From Pseudomonadota bacterium (lineage in GTDB: Bacteria; Pseudomonadota; Gammaproteobacteria; Xanthomonadales; Xanthomonadaceae): DNA of 56,898 bases. This document shows positions 22,643-31,709 of this stretch, one piece after another. The stretch lies in assembly GCA_963205445.1 (NCBI GenBank), contig CAUJJG010000046.1, positions 1-56,898 on the forward strand, written 5' to 3'. Numbering within the stretch: the stretch's first letter is position 1; each line of letters begins with the position of its first letter. A program made the position numbers and the translations under genes. The notes under the pieces were generated by a model, which did not search any database, was not told the DNA's origin, and saw only the letters and a list, made by a program, of their open reading frames with translations.

Positions 22643-23046
22643 TCAAGTTTCTGCTTGACACCAATATCCTGGGCTACTTCGTCCGCAACAGCTCGCCTGC
22701 GCTGCAAAAGCGCGTGTTGCACGCGCTGCAACGTCAGGAAGCCGCCATTTCCGTCGTCACCCGCGCGGAAGTGCGGTTCGGGCTGGCGCTGCTGGCAGAA
22801 AACGACAAGCGCCGTCGTAGTGTCGATCTGCTGCTGCAAGAGCTACCCGCCCTGCCGTGGTCCGTGGATGCGGCCGACTGCTATGGCCAGATTGCCGCAA
22901 AGCTACAACAGGCCGGCAAAGCCATCGGCGCGATGGATACCCAGATCGCCGCCCATGCATTGGCGCTAGGCCTGCCGCTGGTCACCCACAACACCCGCCA
23001 CTTCAAGCGCGTACCCGGCTTGAAACTTGATGACTGGATGACCTGA
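22639..23046 (+). CDS. vapC: VapC PIN-domain ribonuclease toxin
   Basis: FLLDTNI, AEVRFG, IGAMDTQIAAHA, LVTHNTRHFKRVPGL. Confidence 0.92.
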   Translation: MIKFLLDTNILGYFVRNSSPALQKRVLHALQRQEAAISVVTRAEVRFGLALLAENDKRRRSVDLLLQELPALPWSVDAADCYGQIAAKLQQAGKAIGAMDTQIAAHALALGLPLVTHNTRHFKRVPGLKLDDWMT

Positions 23047-26000
23047 TGCTCAAACAAACCCTAAGTCAGCGTGTTCAGGCCTTCGCCAGCCAGCCATTGC
23101 GCAAGGCCGCGCAGTCGCTGTATGCGGCATTGGGCTACCAGTCCGACCGCACCGTGGAAACCGCATCAGTTGCCGACTTCCGCGCGCAGTTCGACCCAGA
23201 ATCCCGGCTGGCACACCCCGCCGCGCTGATCGAAAGCTGGCGATCCGCCGAGCTGCTGTTCCAGCTCACCGATGAGGAACTTTCCAGCAGCGCATCCTTG
23301 TTCAAGGATGAGTCGGTCAAGACCTCCCTGCTGCAGTCCTACGTCTTCATCGCCATTGAATTGGTGGACGCCGACTACGCACGCGGCAAGCTGGCTGGCA
23401 TCGCCCGTCAGATCAACCGCATCTTCCCCATGCCGGTCATGGTGCTGTTCAAGATTGGTGCACGGCTGTCCATTGCCGTCATCAACCGCCGGCTGAACAA
23501 GCGTGACGACAGCAAGGATGTGCTAGGCAAGGTCACCCTGATCCAGAACATCGCCATCGAGAAACCTCACCCCGGCCATCTGGATATCCTGGCATCGTTC
23601 TCGCTGGCCGAGCTGACCGAGGGTCGCCGTGTCATCCAGAACTTCGACCAGCTGCATGCTGCGTGGGAAGAGGTCTTCAACGTCGAGCTGCTCAACAAGC
23701 GCTTCTACCGCGAACTCGCCAACTGGTATTTCTGGGCGCTGCCGCAGGTGGAGTTTCCTGCCGACATCGAGAAGGACGACGAAAAACGCCGCGCCACCGG
23801 CCTGATTCGCTTGCTCACGCGCCTCATCTTCTGCTGGTTCCTGAAAGAGAAAGACCTGGTTCCCGACAAGCTGTTTGCCGAAGCCGATCTGAAGCAGATA
23901 CTCAAAGACCTGTCGGCGGATACGTCCAGCTACAACGAAGCCATCCTGCAGAACCTGTTCTTCGCTACGCTCAATCAGCGCATGGGTAAGGATGCCAAGG
24001 GCCAGCCCTATCGTGCCTTTGCTAAGGACGAAGGCTTCCAGAAGAACCGCGCCACCTATGGCGTGGACACTCTTTACCGCTACGAAGACCACTTCCGCGA
24101 CCCGGCCACCGCGCTGGAGCACTTTGCCGATGTGCCATTCCTGAACGGCGGCTTGTTCGAGTGTCTCGACAGAACGGAGGAAGGCACAGAAAAGAAGCTC
24201 TACCTCGATGGCTTCTCGCGCAACAAGAAGAAGCGCCCCACCGTCCCCAACCGTCTCTTCTTCAGCCAGGAGCACGAAGCCGACCTGTCGGAGGCCTACG
24301 GCGACAAGAAACGAAGAAAGGAGAGAGTGCGAGGCCTGCTGCACATCCTCAATGCCTACAAGTTCACCATTGTCGAAAACACGCCGGTGGATCAGGAAAT
24401 CGCGCTCGACCCCGAACTGCTGGGCAAGGTGTTCGAGAACCTGTTGGCCAGCTACAACGAGGAAACCAAAACCACCGCCCGCAAGCAGACCGGTTCGTTC
24501 TACACCCCGCGCCCCATCGTCGATTACATGGTGGACGAATCGCTCAAGGCGCACCTTGCAGGCGCGTTGGCCAAGGCGGGCATGAGCGAGCAGGACGCAA
24601 AGACAGGCCTGGACATCCTGTTCGCCTACACCGAGCGGGTACACCCCTTCAATGAGCGGGAAGTTGCCACGCTGCTGGATGCCATCCACACCTGCAAGAT
24701 TCTCGACCCGGCTTGCGGCTCCGGCGCATTCCCGATGGGGATGCTGCACAAGCTGGTGTACATCATCCACAAGCTCGACCCCGACAACGCGCGCTGGAAG
24801 CGGCTCCAGATCGATTCCGCCGCGAAGATTCCTGATGTCTCTGCGCGGGATTCCGCCATTGCTGCCATCGAACGCGACTTTGCAGACAACGAAGACGACT
24901 ACGGCCGCAAGCTCTACCTGATCGAGAACTGCCTCTACGGTGTGGACATCCAGCCCATCGCCATCCAGATTTCCAAGCTGCGTTTTTTCATCTCCCTGGT
25001 TTGCGACCAGCGCACCAACCGCAGCAAGCGCGACAACCACGGCATTCGCCCGTTGCCGAATCTGGAAACCAAATTTGTTGCTGCCAATGCGCTCGTTGGC
25101 TTGCCGACACAATGGGCACTAGTTCCCCATCGCGTTCACCAGATCGAAACCGAAATTGAGAGCCTGTACCACGGACACTTCGCCGTGCAAAGGCGCGATC
25201 ACAAGCTCGCGCTGCAAAACAAAATCAAGAGCTTGCGCGAAGAGCTGGGCAAGGTGCTTGCGGAAAGTCTTGGCACATCCGACAAGGCCAAGCACATTGC
25301 CAACTGGAATCCGTTTGACCCTCAGGCCAGCGCCAATTTCTTCGACCCCCATTGGATGTTCGGAAGTTCGTTGGCCGATGGCTTTTCTGTCGTCATCGGA
25401 AACCCGCCTTATGTGCAGGTCAAGAAAGGAGTTTTCTCCGCAGCACAATTTCCGTGGTCGGAAGGCAAGGATGTCGGAAAGCAGAACCTCTACAAGGTGT
25501 TCCTGGAAGCTGCCCGCAATCTTGCCGAACCGGGAGGCATCGCTTGCCTGATTGTGCAAAGCTCGCTGATGGCGGATTTGAGCTCGGCACGCACCCGCGA
25601 AATGCTGCTGACCCAAACGACGATCCGTCAAATTATCGAGTTTCCCAAAATTGCGCCGACCAAGGCAGGGCAGGTGTTCGAGAGCGTATTGCAAGGCACC
25701 TGCATCTGCCTGTTCCAGAACATCGCCGCGCCAGACAACGAATTCGACATATCCTGCAACAACGATGTCACCACCATGGCAACGCTGGCTTTCGAGACAG
25801 TTCGACAAAGCGACCTCATCCGCTTCCGCCCAGGCAGTTTCGAGTTCCCGCTGTTCCGCCCTGGTGAGTTCGCCATCTATCGTCGCTTGTTCACGAACTC
25901 CGTCACGCTCAAGACCATGATGGCGAGCATCTCGCAGGGAGATCTGAATTTGACGACAAATTCCGATTCGTTTTCTCACATAGCTTCACCTGTCAAACTC

Positions 26001-26708
26001 TATCGCGGAAGAAATGTTCATCGTTACAGCTTGGACGAAAGCATTTCTGACTGGGTGAAGGCGCGGCATTTCCCGGACAAGGCCAAACGTAACGGCGAAA
26101 ACAAGCTCTTGGTGTGTCAGGAAGTCACCGGCACGGTTGACCCGCGCCGCCTTATCTTCACCTTGGTTGAAAAGCAGGGTGAGAAATTCCTATTCGGCCA
26201 TACCGTGCAGAAAATCATCTTGCGACAGCAGGCGCGGTCGAAGGCGGTGTTGGCGGTGTTGAACTCGCGGCTGATGGACTGGTGCTTTCGCAAAACCTCG
26301 ACCAACAACCATGTGGGCGGCTACGAACTCGAAGCACTGCCGTTCCCCACCGCCATCCCGCCTCAAGCCGAAGCAACGCTCACCACGCTGGTGGATTGCC
26401 TACTGGCTGCCATGCAAATCGGCGAAGATGTGGTGTCGGCTTTCTTCGACACGCTGATGGATGCCTGCGTGCTGGAGCTTTATTTCCGCGACTATATGGC
26501 CGAGCGCGACCTGCTGTTCCTCGACGATCTTGCCCCGCACCTCGCCGCCTACAACCCCAACGCCCCCGAAGCGCAGCAGCGCGAGTTCATCACCCAACTT
26601 TACAAGACGCTCAACGCGCCTACCTCGAAAATCCGCAACCGCCTGCTGCGCATTTCCGCCGACAGCCCGGATCTACTGGCCGTCATCCAGCGTGAAGGGG
26701 CGGCATGA
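23046..26708 (+). CDS. Large N6-adenine DNA methyltransferase with TRD (Eco57I / Type IIG-like)
   Basis: PFLNGGLF, DPELLGKVFENLL, GSFYTPR, motif I ILDPACGSGAF, YGVDIQ, motif IV VIGNPPY, TaqI_C-like LAVLNSRLMDW. Confidence 0.92.
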   Translation: MLKQTLSQRVQAFASQPLRKAAQSLYAALGYQSDRTVETASVADFRAQFDPESRLAHPAALIESWRSAELLFQLTDEELSSSASLFKDESVKTSLLQSYVFIAIELVDADYARGKLAGIARQINRIFPMPVMVLFKIGARLSIAVINRRLNKRDDSKDVLGKVTLIQNIAIEKPHPGHLDILASFSLAELTEGRRVIQNFDQLHAAWEEVFNVELLNKRFYRELANWYFWALPQVEFPADIEKDDEKRRATGLIRLLTRLIFCWFLKEKDLVPDKLFAEADLKQILKDLSADTSSYNEAILQNLFFATLNQRMGKDAKGQPYRAFAKDEGFQKNRATYGVDTLYRYEDHFRDPATALEHFADVPFLNGGLFECLDRTEEGTEKKLYLDGFSRNKKKRPTVPNRLFFSQEHEADLSEAYGDKKRRKERVRGLLHILNAYKFTIVENTPVDQEIALDPELLGKVFENLLASYNEETKTTARKQTGSFYTPRPIVDYMVDESLKAHLAGALAKAGMSEQDAKTGLDILFAYTERVHPFNEREVATLLDAIHTCKILDPACGSGAFPMGMLHKLVYIIHKLDPDNARWKRLQIDSAAKIPDVSARDSAIAAIERDFADNEDDYGRKLYLIENCLYGVDIQPIAIQISKLRFFISLVCDQRTNRSKRDNHGIRPLPNLETKFVAANALVGLPTQWALVPHRVHQIETEIESLYHGHFAVQRRDHKLALQNKIKSLREELGKVLAESLGTSDKAKHIANWNPFDPQASANFFDPHWMFGSSLADGFSVVIGNPPYVQVKKGVFSAAQFPWSEGKDVGKQNLYKVFLEAARNLAEPGGIACLIVQSSLMADLSSARTREMLLTQTTIRQIIEFPKIAPTKAGQVFESVLQGTCICLFQNIAAPDNEFDISCNNDVTTMATLAFETVRQSDLIRFRPGSFEFPLFRPGEFAIYRRLFTNSVTLKTMMASISQGDLNLTTNSDSFSHIASPVKLYRGRNVHRYSLDESISDWVKARHFPDKAKRNGENKLLVCQEVTGTVDPRRLIFTLVEKQGEKFLFGHTVQKIILRQQARSKAVLAVLNSRLMDWCFRKTSTNNHVGGYELEALPFPTAIPPQAEATLTTLVDCLLAAMQIGEDVVSAFFDTLMDACVLELYFRDYMAERDLLFLDDLAPHLAAYNPNAPEAQQREFITQLYKTLNAPTSKIRNRLLRISADSPDLLAVIQREGAA

Positions 26709-28384
26709 AGGCGCACCTGCACCACATTGCGATCTGCAATTTCAAGGCCTTCCGCGAGTTCCAACTCAAGCTGGAAGGCCGTCACTTGCTGGTCTATGGC
26801 GCCAACGGCGCAGGCAAGTCTTCGCTGTATTGGGCGATCTACACATTCCTGCAAAGCGCCCGCAAACCGCACGGCGGTGTCGCCAAATACTTCGACCCGA
26901 GCGATACGCAGAACCTGCTGAATCTGCACGAGCAGAAGGAAGCTACTCCCAAGCCCGGCGAAATCGCATTGACGCTGCGCGATACGGCAACGCGCAACGA
27001 CACCACCTACCGCATCAGCCGGGCCGATCATGGCACCTTCAACCAACCCGCGATCCTGAAAGGTGACCTGGCCAGCGACTTCATCACCTACCGCTTTTTC
27101 TTCGGCTTCTCGCACTTCCGCAACTCGGAGAAGTTCGACCTCTGGCCGCTGTTCGAGAAGGAAATCCTGCCGTTCTGTGTGTCCACTAGCGGCGGTGTGC
27201 CCGCTGAGATGTGGAACGAAGTCAAATCCGGCAACCCGAACCCAACGGCAAGTCGTGGTCTTGGCGGAGCTTATTCTTACGACGAATTCAAGAGAAAAGC
27301 CGACAATTTCGCCGGCGTCCTCACCTCGGCTGTAGCCGCAATCAGCACCGAGGCACAAAAGTTCTACGACACCCATTTCGCCGCAGGCGACCCCGCCAAG
27401 GTGACATTGAAACTGGCCGTCACCACGCGACCGTCGGCCACTGGCTCCAACCAGAATGATTTCAAGTTCACCCTGCCGGTGATCGAGTTCGGTATTCAAC
27501 TTGACGGCACCACCGTTACCAAGCCGCAGAGCTTTCTCAATGAGGCCAAGCTGACCCAACTGGCGCTGTCCGTCCGCTTCGCCGCCTCGCTGATCAACCT
27601 GCACGAATCCGACCTCAAGCTACTGGTGTTGGATGATCTGCTGGTCAGTCTGGACATGAGCAACCGCATGCAGGTGGTGGACATCCTGCTATCCGACACC
27701 TTCGCCAACTACCAGAAAATCATCCTGACCCACGAACTCGGTTTCTTCCGCGAATTTCGCCGCCGAATTGGTAGCGATCATGCGGATTGGCGCTTCATCC
27801 GCTTGCAGGGTAATGCGGCCGACAACATTGAGGCCCGATCCGAGAAAAGTGATCTGGAAAAGGCCGAGGACTACCTCAACGGCCATGACATCGAAGAAGC
27901 CGCGATGTTCCTGCGCAAGGCGGCGGAAGACACCGCCAAACGCTATCGCGAATGGGCGGAAGGCAAGGCATTGCCGCCTGGGAAATTCTTCTCGCTGACC
28001 GTGAACCTGCGCGCGGCGCGGACTAAACTCATCGCGGGCATGCCAGTTGCACTTTACGAACGGGCCTTGAAGGGGGTGCCAAAAGCGCATCGCAGTTTGC
28101 TGCTGTCGGCTGACGACAGCGACCTGGATACCAATGCAGCTCTTTCACCCAAGGACAAGGGCATCCTCAAGTCGAAGCGAAACGCGCTCCGCAATGCACT
28201 GAATGATGATGGCTGGGCCAAGATGGATGCAGTGGAAGCTGTTGACCGCGTGCTGGAAATGACCGAGCGCGTGCTGAACCCCGCAGCCCACGGCAGTTCC
28301 ACTCCGCTCTACGAGGAAGAAGTGCGCCGCGCGAAAAGTCTGATTGATCGGCTTGAACGAGTGTTGTTGGAAGCCCAGAAATGA
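26705..28384 (+). CDS. ABC/SMC-type ATPase with C-terminal HEPN-like domain
   Basis: CNFKAF, Walker A GANGAGKS, FLNEAK, Walker B LLVLDDLLVSLD, H-loop ILTHE; C-terminal AAMFLRKAAE and RVLNPAAH (Rx6H). Confidence 0.8.
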   Translation: MKAHLHHIAICNFKAFREFQLKLEGRHLLVYGANGAGKSSLYWAIYTFLQSARKPHGGVAKYFDPSDTQNLLNLHEQKEATPKPGEIALTLRDTATRNDTTYRISRADHGTFNQPAILKGDLASDFITYRFFFGFSHFRNSEKFDLWPLFEKEILPFCVSTSGGVPAEMWNEVKSGNPNPTASRGLGGAYSYDEFKRKADNFAGVLTSAVAAISTEAQKFYDTHFAAGDPAKVTLKLAVTTRPSATGSNQNDFKFTLPVIEFGIQLDGTTVTKPQSFLNEAKLTQLALSVRFAASLINLHESDLKLLVLDDLLVSLDMSNRMQVVDILLSDTFANYQKIILTHELGFFREFRRRIGSDHADWRFIRLQGNAADNIEARSEKSDLEKAEDYLNGHDIEEAAMFLRKAAEDTAKRYREWAEGKALPPGKFFSLTVNLRAARTKLIAGMPVALYERALKGVPKAHRSLLLSADDSDLDTNAALSPKDKGILKSKRNALRNALNDDGWAKMDAVEAVDRVLEMTERVLNPAAHGSSTPLYEEEVRRAKSLIDRLERVLLEAQK

Positions 28385-28586
28385 AACTGGCGCAGCAAGC
28401 GTCGCCAGCACTCGCGGCGTCATGCAGGGAACCTACGGGGCTGTTCGAGGTGCACCAGAGGTACATCGCCCAACTTTCGCGCAATGCCACAGGTTGACGT
28501 AAGTTGATGTTTCTAAAGTGATTTGGCTTTACGCGCCTTGACGTACCTTTTCGTTGATTATCAATAACCTATTGATTTATAAGGAA

Positions 28587-28632
28587 ACTGTTAATCAGGG
28601 GGTCGTTGGTTCGAGTCCAACTTCGGGCGCCA
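28587..28632 (+). repeat. attR: 46-bp copy of the tRNA-Asn 3' half
   Basis: Identical to 13230-13275. Confidence 0.96.
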
Positions 28633-28637
28633 GATTG

Positions 28638-28679
28638 AACAAGAAAGCCTGCGACATTGTCGCGGGCTTTCTTGTTTTT
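28638..28679 (+). terminator. Intrinsic terminator, probably the original tRNA-Asn terminator
   Basis: AACAAGAAAGCCTGCGAC-ATT-GTCGCGGGCTTTCTTGTTTTT. Confidence 0.8.
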
Positions 28680-28737
28680 GGCGGCATTCATCGGGCTTTC
28701 CGTTAAAATTGGATGTCCGTCACCCCAAGAGGCACCC

Positions 28738-29460
28738 ATGTCCAACTTCGCTTATCGCCGCATCCTGCTCAAACTTTCCGGCGAGGCGTTGATGGGGGAC
28801 GAGGATTACGGGATCGATCCAAAGATCCTCAACCGCATCGCCCGCGAGGTGATCGAAGCCAGCGACGCAGGTGCCGAGATTGCACTGGTGATCGGCGGCG
28901 GCAACATCTTCCGCGGCGCAGGGCTGGCGGCAGGCGGCATGGATCGCGTCACCGGCGACCAGATGGGCATGCTCGCCACCGTGATCAATGCCTTGGCCAT
29001 GCAGGACGCGCTGGAAAAGCTGGGCGCGAAGTGCCGGGTGATGAGCGCACTGAAAATCAACGATGTCTGCGAGGACTACATCCGCAGACGCGCGGTGCGC
29101 CACCTCGAAAAGCGCAGGATTGCGATTTTTGCCGCCGGCACCGGCAACCCCTTCTTCACCACCGATTCCGGCGCCGCTCTGCGGGCGATCGAAATTGGTG
29201 CAGACCTGCTGCTGAAAGCCACCAAGGTCGACGGCGTGTACGACAAGGATCCGAAGAAGCACCCGGACGCCGTCAAGCTGGATCGCCTCAGCTATGACGA
29301 GGTGATCGCCCGCAATCTGCAGGTGATGGATACCGCCGCCTTCGCCCTGTGCCGCGATGCCGGCCTGCCGCTGCGCATTTTCGACATGGCCCAGCCCGGC
29401 GTCCTGCTGCGCATCCTCCACGGCGAGCCCATCGGCACCCTGGTCAATACCCGCGGCTGA
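28738..29460 (+). CDS. pyrH: UMP kinase
   Basis: [41 protein letters not shown]. Confidence 0.98.
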   Translation: MSNFAYRRILLKLSGEALMGDEDYGIDPKILNRIAREVIEASDAGAEIALVIGGGNIFRGAGLAAGGMDRVTGDQMGMLATVINALAMQDALEKLGAKCRVMSALKINDVCEDYIRRRAVRHLEKRRIAIFAAGTGNPFFTTDSGAALRAIEIGADLLLKATKVDGVYDKDPKKHPDAVKLDRLSYDEVIARNLQVMDTAAFALCRDAGLPLRIFDMAQPGVLLRILHGEPIGTLVNTRG

Positions 29461-29525
29461 TTCGGCCCCGTACGGGCCGGCGGCGCTTATAATCGCGGGT
29501 TTGCGAACGACCACGGAGCGCCGTC

Positions 29526-30083
29526 ATGCTGAACGAGATCAAGAAAGACGCCCAAGCCCGCATGGGCAAGAGCATCGAGTCGCTGCGCCACAATCTGGTC
29601 AAGGTGCGCACCGGGCGGGCCAACGCCGGCCTGGTGGACAGCATCAAGGTGAACTATTACGGCTCCGACATGCCTTTGTCGCAGGTTGCCAGCGTGTCGG
29701 TGGCCGACGCCCGCTCCATCGTCATCACGCCGTGGGAAAAGCAGATGGTCGGCGCCGTCGAGAAGGCCCTCTTGGCCTCCGATCTTGGCCTGACACCCAA
29801 TACCGCCGGCACAACCATCCGCCTCAACATTCCGGCCCTGACCGAAGAACGCCGCCGCGACCTGACCAAGGTCGTGCACGGCGAGGGCGAAGACGCCAAG
29901 ATCGCGATCCGCAACATCCGTCGTGACGCCAACCAGCACGTCAAGGAGCTGCTCAAGGAAAAGCAGATCACCGAAGACGATTGCGCGCGCACCGAGGCTG
30001 AAATCCAGAAGATCACCGATGCGGCAATCAAGGACGTGGACGAAGTGGTCAAGGCCAAGGAAGTGGAATTGATGTCCGTCTGA
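29526..30083 (+). CDS. frr: Ribosome recycling factor
   Basis: [26 protein letters not shown]. Confidence 0.98.
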   Translation: MLNEIKKDAQARMGKSIESLRHNLVKVRTGRANAGLVDSIKVNYYGSDMPLSQVASVSVADARSIVITPWEKQMVGAVEKALLASDLGLTPNTAGTTIRLNIPALTEERRRDLTKVVHGEGEDAKIAIRNIRRDANQHVKELLKEKQITEDDCARTEAEIQKITDAAIKDVDEVVKAKEVELMSV

Positions 30084-30103
30084 GCGCCGCTCCCAAGCGC
30101 CCC

Positions 30104-30859
30104 ATGACGACCGCACCCGCTCCTGTCCCGCGCCACCTGGCCATCATCATGGATGGCAATGGCCGTTGGGCGCAGCAACGCCACCGGCCCCGCCTGATCG
30201 GGCACCGCGCGGGAGCCCGCGCGGTCAAGCGCTGCGTGGAGTTTTGCCTCCAGCAGGGTATCGAGGTGCTGACCCTGTTCGCGTTCTCCAGCGAGAACTG
30301 GAACAGGCCGGCAGACGAGGTCGGCGGCTTGATGAAGCTGTTTCTGGGGGCGCTGGAGCGCGAAGTCGACGAACTGCACCGCCTAGGTGCGCGGCTGCGC
30401 TTCATCGGCGAGCGCGACCGTTTCGCGCCGCAGATTCTGGACAGGATGCAAGCCGCCGAAACCCTGACGGCCGGCAATACCCGCCTGCAACTGGTCATCG
30501 CCGCCAGCTACGGCGGCCGCCAGGACATCGCTCGCGCAGCACGCACGCTCGCCGAGGATGTGGCTGCAGGCCGCCTGCAGGCCGACCAAATCAACGAGGC
30601 CACCCTGGGCGCACAGATTGCGCTGGCGGACCTGCCTGCGCCCGACCTCTTCATCAGGACCGGCGGCGAATTGCGCATCAGCAATTTCCTGCTGTGGCAG
30701 CTGGCCTATGCCGAGCTCTGGTTCACGGACGCCCTCTGGCCTGATGTGGATGCCGCCCTGCTGCAACAGGCGCTCGACGAATACGCCCGGCGCGAGCGCC
30801 GTTTCGGCCTGACCAGTGCCCAAGTCAGGCATCACGCAAACCCGGGGACCCCGTCGTGA
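30104..30859 (+). CDS. uppS: Undecaprenyl diphosphate synthase
   Basis: [45 protein letters not shown]. Confidence 0.97.
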   Translation: MTTAPAPVPRHLAIIMDGNGRWAQQRHRPRLIGHRAGARAVKRCVEFCLQQGIEVLTLFAFSSENWNRPADEVGGLMKLFLGALEREVDELHRLGARLRFIGERDRFAPQILDRMQAAETLTAGNTRLQLVIAASYGGRQDIARAARTLAEDVAAGRLQADQINEATLGAQIALADLPAPDLFIRTGGELRISNFLLWQLAYAELWFTDALWPDVDAALLQQALDEYARRERRFGLTSAQVRHHANPGTPS

Positions 30860-31707
30860 CCAAGACCCGTATCCTCGCTGCCCTGGTGATGGCTCCCGTC
30901 GCCATCGGCGCAGTCCTGCTGCTGCCCACCCAATGGCTGATGCTGCTGTCCGCACTGGTCTTTCTGGCGGCACTTTGGGAGTGGCTCAAACTGGCCGGTC
31001 TCGACGACAGCCTCGCCCGCAGCATCCTGCTGGCCTGCAATCTGGCGCTGATGGTGGCCTTGGTCTGGGGCTCACGCTCACCGCACGCGGCAGCCCTGCC
31101 CTTGTTCCAGCTGGTCATCGTGTTTGGGGTTGGCTGGTGGTTGCTGGCACTGCTGTGGCTGCGTCATTACGCATTCGCATCCTCACCAACGGGCAACAGC
31201 CGAATCATCAAGCTCGCTGCCGCCACGTTGGCCGTCGTTCCCGCTTGGTGCGCGCTTGCCGTCATCCACCACGGCGAGCCCCATGGCCATCGCTGGCTGC
31301 TGCTGGCCTTGCTGCTGGTCTGGGCGGCAGACAGCGGGGCCTATTTCTGTGGCCGCCAATTTGGCGGGAAGTGGTTTGGCAGCCGTCGTCTTGCGCCACG
31401 CATCAGCCCGAACAAGACCCTCGAAGGCCTCGTCGGCGGCGTGGCATTGGCGATGCTGGTGGCGGTGGCCGGCGCCCTGCTGATCGGCACGCAGCCCCGG
31501 CAGCTGCCCGCCGTTGCATTGGTGGCCGCCGTCACGGTCTTGTTCTCGGTTGCGGGCGATCTCTTCGAAAGTCTGCTGAAGCGCCATGCGGGCGTGAAGG
31601 ATTCAGGCACCCTGATTCCCGGCCACGGCGGCGCCCTGGACCGCATCGACAGCGTGCTGGCAGCGCTGCCGGTGTTTGCGCTGGGCAAGATCTGGCTGGG
31701 GTTTTGA
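30856..31707 (+). CDS. cdsA: Phosphatidate cytidylyltransferase
   Basis: [36 protein letters not shown]...PGHGG.LDRIDS. Confidence 0.96.
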   Translation: MTKTRILAALVMAPVAIGAVLLLPTQWLMLLSALVFLAALWEWLKLAGLDDSLARSILLACNLALMVALVWGSRSPHAAALPLFQLVIVFGVGWWLLALLWLRHYAFASSPTGNSRIIKLAAATLAVVPAWCALAVIHHGEPHGHRWLLLALLLVWAADSGAYFCGRQFGGKWFGSRRLAPRISPNKTLEGLVGGVALAMLVAVAGALLIGTQPRQLPAVALVAAVTVLFSVAGDLFESLLKRHAGVKDSGTLIPGHGGALDRIDSVLAALPVFALGKIWLGF

Positions 31708-31709
31708 CG

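Larger units (their letters stand above)
13276..28632 (+). mobile_element. Integrative mobilizable element / genomic island (~15.4 kb) in tRNA-Asn
   Basis: Exact att repeats, integrase next to the tRNA, rep-mobC-relaxase module, TA and RM-like cargo, visibly lower GC than the flanks, all genes on the + strand. Confidence 0.93.

Noticed and set aside
18983-28384. Calling the operon DISARM, BREX or Type I/III RM
   Set aside because: No DrmA/DrmB(DUF1998), PglZ/BrxC, HsdR/HsdS or Type III Mod/Res genes are evident.
28587-28632. Possible second tRNA-Asn
   Set aside because: Only the 3' half is present, with no D arm or 5' acceptor strand; it is attR.
13276-28632. Prophage or full ICE
   Set aside because: No capsid, terminase or tail genes, and no VirB4/T4CP/pilus genes.
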